From the NCBI GenBank assembly GCA_963664435.2, contig CAXXKM010000002.1:224001-288000 (forward strand): a stretch of DNA of 64,000 nucleotides, given 5' to 3'. Shown here piece after piece: positions 17,850 to 26,746 of the stretch. This DNA is from Longimicrobiales bacterium (lineage in GTDB: Bacteria > Gemmatimonadota > Gemmatimonadetes > Longimicrobiales > Gaopeijiaceae). Positions within the stretch are counted from its first letter, which is position 1; each line of letters begins with the position of its first letter. The notes beneath the pieces were generated by a model that worked only from the letters and a program-made list of their open reading frames with translations, was not told the DNA's origin and ran no database searches. The position numbers and the translations under genes are program-made.

Positions 17850-19853
17850 ATGACCTGTCTACCATCGACGCGTGACCGCATCCAAACCCCGGCGCGCCCG
17901 GGCGCGCTGTTTTCCTGCGCGGCGCTGGTCGTGCTCCTGTCCGCATGCGGCGGTTATTCGCCCCCCGGAACCGGCATGACTCCGGCAAGCCTCGCGCCGC
18001 TGAGCGTGAATCCGCCCACGCCCGACCCGCGCGTGGGGTTGGCGCCGGGACTCTTTGACGCCGGTGAAGCGATCTGGAATCTGCGCCTGGTCTCGGCCAC
18101 GCCCCCGACCGAGCCCTTCGTGGGTCAGACCAACTCGGACCTCGCCTTCACCGGCCCGTACGCGATCCAGGGCAACTACGACGGCATCCAGATCTGGGAC
18201 ATCTCCGACCCGGCCAACCCCGAGTCGGTGATCACCTACGTGTGCCCCGCCTCGCAGAGCGACGTCTCCGTCTACGAGCATCTGCTCTTCGTGTCGGGCG
18301 AGGGGATGGGCGGGCGGCTCGACTGCAGCGGGGAGGGAATCGAGGAGGCCGTGAGCCACGACCGGCTGCGCGGCATCCGCATCTTCGACATCTCCGACAT
18401 CACCGCGCCCGAGTACGTCGCCAACGTGCAGACCTGCCGCGGCTCGCACACGCACACCGTGCTCGAGCACCCCGGCGACGACGAGAACGTGTACGTCTAC
18501 GTGTCCGGCTCCGCTCCGGTCCGGCCCGCCGAGGAGCTTCCGGGCTGCTCCGATGCCCCCCCGGAGGAGGATCCCAACACGGCGCTCTTCCGCATCGAGG
18601 TCATCCGCGTGCCCCTCGCCGATCCGGCGAGCGCCGCGGTCGTGAGCTCGCCCCGCATCTTCGAGAACCTGGTGGCGCCGCCGACCCACGGGCCGGCCCC
18701 CGATGACCTCGCGCAAATCGAGGAAGCCCGCGAGCGCGGCGCCTTCATCGTCGAAGTCATGGGCCAGGAGATGGTCATGCCGGACTTCGCGGTCGAACAG
18801 ATACTCGGACAGATGTTGGCCGAGCGCGGGGAGGAAGGACCACCCACCGCCGCGGACAGCACGATGTTGCGCGAGATGCTTCCCATGATGATCGCCGCAC
18901 AGATGCCGGGGAGCGACGACGCCGGCCCGACCCAGTGCCACGACATCACCGTGTACCCGGCCATCGGCCTCGCGGGCGGGGCCTGCGAAGGGTACGGCAT
19001 GCTGATCGATATCAGCGACCCGGAGAACCCGGTGCGGCTCTCCGAAGTGGCCGACTCCAACTTCTCGTACTGGCACTCGGCGACGTTCAACAACGATGGC
19101 ACGGCCGTCATGTTCACGGACGAGTGGGGCGGCGGCGGATCGCCCAAGTGCCGTGCCTCGGACCCGGTGGAGTGGGGCGCCAACGCCATCTTCACCGTCG
19201 AGGACGGGGAGATGGTATTCCAGAGCTACTACAAGCTGCCCGCGCCGCAGACGCCGCAGGAGAACTGCGTCGCGCACAATGGTTCGCTCATCCCGATCCC
19301 CGGCCGCGACATCATGATCCAGGGCTGGTACCAGGGGGGTATTTCCCTGATCGACTGGACGGATCCCACCAACCCGGTCGAGATCGCCTACTTCGACCGC
19401 GGGCCCGTCGACGGCGAGGTGATGCGGATGGGCGGCAGCTGGTCGGTCTACTGGTACAACGGCGTGATCGTCAACTCCGAGATCGCGCGCGGGCTGGACA
19501 TCCTCGAGCTCGTTCCCAGCGACGTGATGACCCGGAACGAGATCGACGCGGCCAACGCCGTTCAGCTGACCCATCTCAATTCCCAGGGCCAGCCCATCTT
19601 CGAGTGGCCGGCGACCTTCTCGCTGGCCCGGGCCTACCTGGACCAGCTGGAGCGGCATCGGGGTCTGGACGCTGCCCGAATCGCGTCGGCGCGCGGCGAG
19701 CTGGACGCGGCCGAGGGCATGATGGGGTCGGGGCGCGCCTCGGCGTTGCGCTCTCTGGCGGATGCGCTGGATGGCGACGCCGGCAGAGCGCTCGATTCCG
19801 CGAAGGTAGAGAAGCTGGCGGAGGCCGTGCGGGAGCTGGCGGACGCGGGTTAG
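17850..19853 (+). CDS. LVIVD-repeat-like beta-propeller lipoprotein, paralog 2 (tandem duplicate)
   Basis: Highly similar to 15764..17764 over its whole length except the central segment; lipobox LSAC. Confidence 0.75.
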   Translation: MTCLPSTRDRIQTPARPGALFSCAALVVLLSACGGYSPPGTGMTPASLAPLSVNPPTPDPRVGLAPGLFDAGEAIWNLRLVSATPPTEPFVGQTNSDLAFTGPYAIQGNYDGIQIWDISDPANPESVITYVCPASQSDVSVYEHLLFVSGEGMGGRLDCSGEGIEEAVSHDRLRGIRIFDISDITAPEYVANVQTCRGSHTHTVLEHPGDDENVYVYVSGSAPVRPAEELPGCSDAPPEEDPNTALFRIEVIRVPLADPASAAVVSSPRIFENLVAPPTHGPAPDDLAQIEEARERGAFIVEVMGQEMVMPDFAVEQILGQMLAERGEEGPPTAADSTMLREMLPMMIAAQMPGSDDAGPTQCHDITVYPAIGLAGGACEGYGMLIDISDPENPVRLSEVADSNFSYWHSATFNNDGTAVMFTDEWGGGGSPKCRASDPVEWGANAIFTVEDGEMVFQSYYKLPAPQTPQENCVAHNGSLIPIPGRDIMIQGWYQGGISLIDWTDPTNPVEIAYFDRGPVDGEVMRMGGSWSVYWYNGVIVNSEIARGLDILELVPSDVMTRNEIDAANAVQLTHLNSQGQPIFEWPATFSLARAYLDQLERHRGLDAARIASARGELDAAEGMMGSGRASALRSLADALDGDAGRALDSAKVEKLAEAVRELADAG

Positions 19854-19967
19854 TGGAGTGACGTCAGGTCGGGCGCCTGGTGCCTGACCGGGATCCCGCG
19901 GAAAGTTACGGCCCGTCCCCATCGGGGGGCGGGCCGTGTTTCCCATGGCCAGCGGCGGAACGCCGTG

Positions 19968-20207
19968 TCACCGGACCTCCACCGACAAGGGCTCCGCAGG
20001 ATTGAGCCCATTCTCCAGCAATGTCTCGATGAAGAGACGTTTTGCGGCCTGCAGGTTGCGCCGCGCTTCCCGGGGAGTGTCTCCGTGACTCTCGCACCCG
20101 GGCAGCTCGACTACGCGCGCCAGGTAGCACCGGGTGCCGTCCGTACAGTCCTCAAGGCTGACCTCTTCCCTGTAGGGGAGTCCGGCGTAATACTCAACGT
20201 TTTTCAT
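19968..20207 (-). CDS. hicB: HicB family antitoxin (short, no DNA-binding domain)
   Basis: YLARVVELPGCESHGDTPREARRNL...P.EP is the HicB RNase H-like pattern. Confidence 0.85.
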   Translation of the reverse strand: MKNVEYYAGLPYREEVSLEDCTDGTRCYLARVVELPGCESHGDTPREARRNLQAAKRLFIETLLENGLNPAEPLSVEVR

Positions 20208-20421
20208 GGCGGATGTCCCCACTCACCTGTTCAAGATCTTCGATGAGCCTCAGTGCGGTCCGAACATAGCCCGCAGGTAACGACCTGTGACGCGCTACGG
20301 TCGCGACGAGTCGCGGATGGTCAGGGTGCCAATCTACACTATGCCTGCCTCCTTCGCGCCTCTTGAAGCCGTAGCTGGCCCGAATCTCCGGGCGACAGGA
20401 TGGAAGAATGACGCGTTCCAT
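20194..20421 (-). CDS. hicA: HicA family toxin, N-terminus atypical or possibly degraded
   Basis: YGFKRREGGRH...HP...TVARH..L..GYVR..L directly upstream of and overlapping hicB. Confidence 0.6.
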   Translation of the reverse strand: MERVILPSCRPEIRASYGFKRREGGRHSVDWHPDHPRLVATVARHRSLPAGYVRTALRLIEDLEQVSGDIRHEKR

Positions 20422-20540
20422 GCCCTCCATATCTTGCCGCACGCGTGCGCGCGCCGTACTAGTCAATTGGATGCAAGGCTCTTCGCGTCGCTGGAAATCG
20501 GTGGCGGGAGGGAAGCCGCTCACCCTGGCCGGAGGTCGAG

Positions 20541-21356
20541 ATGGTGGAAGTTGATCGCAAAACCTTCCTCGCAAGCCTTCCCGCGGGTGCTCTCGCCGTC
20601 ATGTCGCACGAGGACAAGGCGGAGGCGCTCGAGCACTACATGGAAGACGAGCTGGACGACAGGATCGCCGCACGGCGAGGGGAGGCGGACGGAGAAGCCG
20701 GCTCCATCATCACTCTCGATGAGCTGGAGCAGGAGGGACCCCGGGCGCCGCGCGGCACCGGACGGCTCTTCCAGCCGACGGAAGACGAATTCGCGCCGAT
20801 GCCGGACGTCCCGACGCTGCTCGACTTCTTCCGGCTGCGCTTCGCGCCCGCGAACCACGTCCTGCAGAGCGCCACGCACGCGCTCACCACGGGACAGCCC
20901 GAGCGGACGATCTTCGCGTGCCTGATGCACGACGTGGTGCTCAACCTGATCAAGGGCGACCACGGCTGGTGGGGCGCCCAGCTGATCGAGCCCTACGTGG
21001 ACGAGCGCATCTCCTGGGGCATCCGCTATCACGGGCCGCTGCGCTTCTATACGGATGAGGAGTTCGGGTACGAGTATCCGGAGATGTACAACCGCATCTT
21101 CGGGCACGACTACGTGCCGGAGCCCTACATCAAGCAGGCCTACGAGTTCGCGCGCGGCCACCGCTACTACGCGGAGGCGCGGCTGATCACGGTCAACGAC
21201 ACCTACGCGTTCCAGGACAACATGGACGTCGACATCGAGGTGTTCACCGACATCATCGGGCGTCAGTTCAAGCAGCCGAAGGAAGGGCTGGGCTACGACA
21301 ACAGCCCGGTCGCGCACATGTGGCGGACGATGGCGAACCCGAACAGGCCGCTGTAG
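20541..21356 (+). CDS. HD-domain protein (PhnZ/TmpB-like metal ligand pattern)
   Basis: NHVLQSAT, ACLMHDV, DHG...AQLIEPYV, WGIRYH and a terminal ND; GGAGG RBS. Confidence 0.7.
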   Translation: MVEVDRKTFLASLPAGALAVMSHEDKAEALEHYMEDELDDRIAARRGEADGEAGSIITLDELEQEGPRAPRGTGRLFQPTEDEFAPMPDVPTLLDFFRLRFAPANHVLQSATHALTTGQPERTIFACLMHDVVLNLIKGDHGWWGAQLIEPYVDERISWGIRYHGPLRFYTDEEFGYEYPEMYNRIFGHDYVPEPYIKQAYEFARGHRYYAEARLITVNDTYAFQDNMDVDIEVFTDIIGRQFKQPKEGLGYDNSPVAHMWRTMANPNRPL

Positions 21357-21762
21357 AGGGAAGAACTTCTCAAAGGGAGCCGGGACGAGTTCGGAGTGTT
21401 GAACTCGGACCGGCGGCGAGGTTCCGAGCCGGATCGAGGCTCGCCGGAACCTGGAGCGCGCGTCGAGACCCGCGGGCTCGGCCTGATCGGCCGGGTTCGC
21501 GGGCTTGCCATTTGCCGGCGACGGATGTGCGTGGCCCCGGTTGGTCCTCCGGTCCCGGATCAGCCCGGCTCTTCCCGGGGGACGGGTGTCCATGCCGGGA
21601 TCCTGACAATTCCCTTGCACCCGGATCGTTGAGCGCGGCTGCCTGACCGGTACCTTCAGAGTATGGTAAAGGACCGCATGATGACCCGCCGGCGTCGGAT
21701 GGTCACGTGTGACGAGTGTGCGTTTGCCGACATTGGTGTTGGCGGGGATGGGGGGCAGTCAG

Positions 21763-24657
21763 GTGGATGAGAAGGCAAGGCAGGAACGGATCGGAGCCCG
21801 GCACCGACGCACCGTCGGGGGCCTGGCTCCGAGTTTTTTCGTGATGGCTCTGTGCTCGCTGGCGATGGTCCGGCCCCTCCCGGCATTGGCCGCGCCCCGG
21901 CCGGACAGCCCTGCGGCATCGAGCGCCCCGGCCACGCCGCTGCAGGCGCCGCGGGAGTACCGGGTGCGGGGCGTCGTGACCGACTCGTCGGGCGCGGCGT
22001 TGCACAACGCCATGGTGGTGGCGCTTGCGAGGCAGGACTCGGTGCTGGTCGAGTACACGCTCAGCTCCCAGGACGGCCGCTTCACCATCGAGGGCCTGCC
22101 GGCGGGCGGCTACATCCTCCAGGTCACGCTGATCGGTTACGGGACGTTGCGCCGCGACTTCGACATCGCCAACACCGATATCGATGCCGGCGGCATCGCG
22201 CTCTCGTCCACGGCGCTGGAGATGGACTCGGTGGTCGTCAGCGTGGAGCACGTCCCCTTCGTGAATCAGCGCGACACCTTCAGCTACAACGTGCAGGCGT
22301 TTCCAACGCCGCCCAACGCGACCGTCGAGGAGTTGTTGCGGCGGCTTCCCGGGATCGATGTCGACGCCGACGGGTCGATCACGGCACAGGGCGAAGCGGT
22401 CGCGAAGATCCTCGTGGACGGCAAGGAGTTCTTCGGCGACGATCCGACGGTCGCGATGGAGAATCTGCCCGCGGACGCCATCGAGCAGATCGCCGTGTAC
22501 GACAAGGAATCGGACATGGCCGAGTTTACCGGCATCCCCGACGGCGAAGAGGAGCGCACGATCAACCTGAAGCTCAGGGAAGAGGCGAGAAGCGGCTATT
22601 TCGGGCGCGCCCGGGGCGACATCGGGGGCGACGGCGGCAGCCGGGCCCGGCTTACCGCGCCCGTGGGCAGCGAAGCGAGGTACAACGGTTCGCTTTCCCT
22701 GAACCGCTTCTCGCCCACCGTCCAGCTGGCGCTGACCGCAAACGCGAACAACGTGAACCAGGGACGCTCCCGCGGTGGCTTCCCGAATCTCGCCGCCGGC
22801 ATGCCGGGTGGAGGAGGCGGGAGGTCGAGCGACGGTCTTACCGAAACGATGAGCCTCGGGGTCAACGGAAGCCGGGAGTACAGCGAAGAGACCTGGCTGC
22901 GGGGCAGCTACACCATCAGGCAGCTGGACAATCTCCAGGACCGGAGCCTGCAGCAGCGGGCCCTGTTCGGATCGGATGTCGCGTCGCTGGTCGACCAGAC
23001 GAGCAAACAGGAAGCCGGCAACGTGAGTCATCGCCTGGACCTGAACGGGCAGGTCGAATTCTCGGAAGGGCATGGGCTGCGGCTGCGCATGAGAGGAAAT
23101 GCGCGCGGGTCCTCGCTCACCTCGTTCGCCAATCGGCAAACGCACACCCTCGGCGGGGACATGCTCAATTCCGCCACCACCGCCTACGGGGTGAACGGGG
23201 ACGAACTGGGCGGGGACGGTCGGCTCACCTGGCGCAAGCGTCTGAACGAGGAGGGCCGCAGCCTCGTCGCGGAACTGACGAGCGACCTTGAGGATTCCGA
23301 CCTCTCCGCCGACCTGTCTTCGCTGGTTACGGGAGAGAGGCTCACCAGGGACGCCGGAGACGATGTCGACGATGTTCGCGAGATCCTTCAGGAGCAGTCG
23401 CGCGTGGGGTGGACCCGCAGCAATTCGGCGCGCCTCTCGCTGACCCAGCCGCTCGCGGAAGGCCACACCATCGAGCTGTTCGGCCAGCGTAACGCGACCC
23501 ACCAGGACCGCAACAATGCGGTCTACGATCGCGTCGACGGCACCCTGGTTCACAACCCCGGGATGAGCTCGGGATTCGAGCGAGCCTACACCTATTTGCA
23601 GGGCGGCACCCGCTACAGCCGCAACACCGAGAGCTCCTGGCTCACGCTCGGGATTCGCGTGCAGAGATCCAACCTCGACGGCGTCATCCTGGGCCGGAAC
23701 GAGTCCATCGCCAACGGCTACACGCACCTGCTCGGCAACGCGCGGCTGAAGAAGGAGATCAAGGAAGGGCAGACCCTCCAGGTCCGCTACGAAGGCTCGA
23801 GTCGCGAGCCGTCGCTGACGCAGCTCCAGCCCTACGCCGACAACACCGATCCCCTCAACGTCTACTCCGGGAACCCGGATCTGCGCCCGGAATACCGGCA
23901 CCGGGTCAACGCCGACTACCGTCTGTTCGACGAGGTGACCTTCATCAACCTCCGCACCTTCGCCCGCTTCACCTACACCGACGACAACATCTCGACATCC
24001 CGGGTTTTCGACGAGCGCGGCTTTCAGACGCGGATGCCGGTCAACACCAGCGGCGAGTGGTCCGGCAACATGGGAGCCAACTTCGACACCCCGGTCCGGA
24101 GGCTGGGCATCGACGTGGAGCTCGAATACGAGGTGTCCTATTCGGAGGGGACGGAACTCGTGAACCACGCGGCCAACGAGAGCCGCATCCTGCGCAACTC
24201 GCTCGAGATCGGAGTGGACAACCGGGAGAAGGACCGGCTGGACGTGCGCGCTTCGGTCAGCTTCAACTTCAACAACGTCGCGTACTCGCTGAACCAGGAG
24301 CTCGACCGCGGCTACGTCAACAGCCAGTACCGCGCGGAAGCTACCTGGCACATCGGTGACGCCTGGACCCTGGAATCGGATTTCCGCCACCGGGTCTTCG
24401 ACCAAGGCCTCTTCGGGGAGGCGCGCAACGTCGCGCGCTGGGATGCCGCCATCTCCCGGCGCGTGCTCGAGGAACGCGCCGAGATCGAGCTGCGGGCCTA
24501 CGACCTCCTGAACCAGAACCAGGGCGTCGCCATCACCAATTCGGCGAACTACATCGAGGAGTCGCGGACGGACGCGCTCGGGCAGTACTTCATGCTGAGG
24601 GTGATGTACCGGCTGGGAACGCCGATGAACCGTAGGGGGTCGAGGAGAGGACGGTAG
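21763..24657 (+). CDS. TonB-dependent-receptor-like outer membrane beta-barrel with carboxypeptidase-regulatory-like N-domain
   Basis: VRGVVTDS..., LLRRLPGI, ILVDGKEFFGDDP, GNPDLRPE and C-terminal YFMLRVMYRL. Start uncertain (21709-21844). Confidence 0.85.
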   Translation: MDEKARQERIGARHRRTVGGLAPSFFVMALCSLAMVRPLPALAAPRPDSPAASSAPATPLQAPREYRVRGVVTDSSGAALHNAMVVALARQDSVLVEYTLSSQDGRFTIEGLPAGGYILQVTLIGYGTLRRDFDIANTDIDAGGIALSSTALEMDSVVVSVEHVPFVNQRDTFSYNVQAFPTPPNATVEELLRRLPGIDVDADGSITAQGEAVAKILVDGKEFFGDDPTVAMENLPADAIEQIAVYDKESDMAEFTGIPDGEEERTINLKLREEARSGYFGRARGDIGGDGGSRARLTAPVGSEARYNGSLSLNRFSPTVQLALTANANNVNQGRSRGGFPNLAAGMPGGGGGRSSDGLTETMSLGVNGSREYSEETWLRGSYTIRQLDNLQDRSLQQRALFGSDVASLVDQTSKQEAGNVSHRLDLNGQVEFSEGHGLRLRMRGNARGSSLTSFANRQTHTLGGDMLNSATTAYGVNGDELGGDGRLTWRKRLNEEGRSLVAELTSDLEDSDLSADLSSLVTGERLTRDAGDDVDDVREILQEQSRVGWTRSNSARLSLTQPLAEGHTIELFGQRNATHQDRNNAVYDRVDGTLVHNPGMSSGFERAYTYLQGGTRYSRNTESSWLTLGIRVQRSNLDGVILGRNESIANGYTHLLGNARLKKEIKEGQTLQVRYEGSSREPSLTQLQPYADNTDPLNVYSGNPDLRPEYRHRVNADYRLFDEVTFINLRTFARFTYTDDNISTSRVFDERGFQTRMPVNTSGEWSGNMGANFDTPVRRLGIDVELEYEVSYSEGTELVNHAANESRILRNSLEIGVDNREKDRLDVRASVSFNFNNVAYSLNQELDRGYVNSQYRAEATWHIGDAWTLESDFRHRVFDQGLFGEARNVARWDAAISRRVLEERAEIELRAYDLLNQNQGVAITNSANYIEESRTDALGQYFMLRVMYRLGTPMNRRGSRRGR

Positions 24658-24707
24658 TTGGTCCGCGGGTGAACCGCGCGAGCAGGCGCGGGGCTGGCTG
24701 GGTCACG

Positions 24708-24737
24708 GATTACGTAATTTACGTATTTTATGTAATC
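24708..24737. repeat. AT-rich triple 9-bp tandem repeat with dyad symmetry (candidate operator)
   Basis: TTACGTAAT/TTACGTATT/TTATGTAAT at 24710-24736. GATTACGTAA...TTATGTAATC is an inverted pair with 1 mismatch. Confidence 0.6.
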
Positions 24738-25019
24738 TGCTCGATCCAGCGCCGAGGCATCGCCGTTCAAATGCCGGGGGGAGAGTTCACCTGCGGGCTG
24801 GCGGTGCATTGGAGATGGCCAGCCGCACTGGGCGCGGCGCCCCTGGCACGGTCGAGGTCGCGGTTCACGGAAACCCACGCTGTCCGCGTTGCGTGCTCTG
24901 CGCGCATGGCATAGCCTTGCGGAAGTTTCAGGCTCGTCACGTCCGAGGGTCCTCGTGCGTGGCGGCCCGCACCCATTGAAGACGCAGCGCACACCACGTC
25001 ACACGGAGCAAGAGCGCAA

Positions 25020-26642
25020 ATGCGAGCAATCCGAGTCCTGGCCCTGGTCCTGATGACGGCAGGAGCTCCCTTGTGGGTGGCGACCTGCGGCGGTGACGGC
25101 GGTACGGAACCGACCCCTACCACCCCTCCCACGCCTCCCCCACCCCCGCCACCCGCGAATCGCGCGCCGACCGCCACGGGCAGCATAGATGCCCAGACGG
25201 TCGTCGCCGGGGAGAGCGTTTCGGTCAATGTGGCCGGAAACTTCACCGACCCGGACGGCAACACGCTGTCCTTCTCGGCGGCGAGCTCCGACGACGCGGT
25301 CGCCACGGCTTCGGTTTCGGGGAGCAACGTGACCATCAACGGCGTCGCGGCAGGAACCGCGACCGTGACCGTGACGGCAAGCGACCCGGGCGGACTGTCC
25401 GCGACCCAGAGCATCAGCGTGACGGTCGAAGCCGTCAACCAGGCGCCCGTGGGAGAGGGCATCATCGACGACCAGGGTATGGTCGTGGGCGATGAGGTTA
25501 CCGTGGACGTGACCGACAACTTCAGCGACCCGGACGGCGACGAACTGACCTACGCCGCCACCAGCTCGGATACGGCCGTGGCGACCGTCGCGACCGAGGG
25601 TGCGATGGTGACCATCACGGCCGTGGCCGCGGGGAGCGCCACCATCACCGTGACCGCCACCGATCCGGGCGAGCTCTCGGCCAGCCAGGAGTTCGGCGTG
25701 ACCGTCGAGGAATCCAACGAGGCACCCGTGGCGGAAGGCGCCATCGACGACGTGACCGTGGTCGCGGGCAGCGAGGCGACGGTGGACGTGACGGACAACT
25801 TCCGCGATCCGGACGGTGACGACCTGACCTACGCCGCGACCAGCTCGGATGAGGCGGTGGCAACCGTCTCCACCGAGGGTGCCGTGGTGACCGTCATGGG
25901 CATCGGGCCGGGCGACGCCACCGTGACCGTGACCGCCTCGGACGCGGGCATGCTTTCGGCCAGCCTGGAGTTCGGCGTGACCGTCACGCCGCCCCCGGTC
26001 CCACCCGAGATCACCGACACGATCCCGACGCACGACATGATCGTGGACAGCATGGTGGTGCTCGACGTGTCGTCGTACTTCGAGGACGCCGAGCTGACCT
26101 ACATGGCCACGACCTCGGACGAGACGGTGGCGTCGACATCCGTGGACGGCAGCACGGTGACCACGACGGGCACGGGCGCCGTCGAGGACAGCATCAGCGT
26201 GGCGATGCTGGCGGTCACGGCCACGAACGAGGACGGGTTGTCGGTCACCCAGGACTCGATCATGGTGCGGGTGCACCAGGAGGCGTATGACAGCCTGCCG
26301 GGGATCACGGTGAGAGAGGACGGCGTTCTGCTTGCCGAGGTAGTCGGAACGACCACCCCGCTCACCATCTGCCTCCAGGTTCGCAACTTCCCGGTCGCCG
26401 GAACCAGTTTCACCGTGTTCTGGTCGGAGTGGCAGCGCGCGGTGGGCAGCGGCTGGGTCGTCGCCCAGGACAACAACAAGGCCCACGTAACCGCCGGCGA
26501 GGGTCTGGGAGGCTCGGTCTGTCCGATCAATATCCTCGAAGACGCGTTTCCGCCGGGCATCTACCGTCTCGTCGGCTTTGTGATGCTCGGCGAGGAGACC
26601 GGGTACTACAAGACCAACACCTTCGAGAAGCGGCAGCCGTAG
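25020..26642 (+). CDS. Lipoprotein with tandem cadherin/Ig-like repeats
   Basis: Lipobox-like VATC, Pro-rich linker, three 93-aa repeats (NxAP at 25158, 25437, 25716) with NFxDPDG motifs, a degenerate fourth repeat and a unique C-terminal domain. Confidence 0.85.
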   Translation: MRAIRVLALVLMTAGAPLWVATCGGDGGTEPTPTTPPTPPPPPPPANRAPTATGSIDAQTVVAGESVSVNVAGNFTDPDGNTLSFSAASSDDAVATASVSGSNVTINGVAAGTATVTVTASDPGGLSATQSISVTVEAVNQAPVGEGIIDDQGMVVGDEVTVDVTDNFSDPDGDELTYAATSSDTAVATVATEGAMVTITAVAAGSATITVTATDPGELSASQEFGVTVEESNEAPVAEGAIDDVTVVAGSEATVDVTDNFRDPDGDDLTYAATSSDEAVATVSTEGAVVTVMGIGPGDATVTVTASDAGMLSASLEFGVTVTPPPVPPEITDTIPTHDMIVDSMVVLDVSSYFEDAELTYMATTSDETVASTSVDGSTVTTTGTGAVEDSISVAMLAVTATNEDGLSVTQDSIMVRVHQEAYDSLPGITVREDGVLLAEVVGTTTPLTICLQVRNFPVAGTSFTVFWSEWQRAVGSGWVVAQDNNKAHVTAGEGLGGSVCPINILEDAFPPGIYRLVGFVMLGEETGYYKTNTFEKRQP

Positions 26643-26746
26643 CCCAGATGTGACCGCTCCCGGTCCTGCCGGATCTCTCTGACGCGCCACAGGTCGCGTT
26701 TCGGCGCCGTCGCTCGTTGAAGAGACGGGGGCGCCGAAGCGTGATT

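Noticed and set aside
15764..19853. Diversity-generating retroelement or assembly artefact
   Set aside because: No reverse transcriptase; differences are many synonymous and block changes, not adenine-specific, and both copies are intact ORFs.
25158..25990. CRISPR or non-coding repeat array
   Set aside because: The repeats are in-frame 93-aa protein domains; no repeat-spacer array or cas genes were seen in the window.
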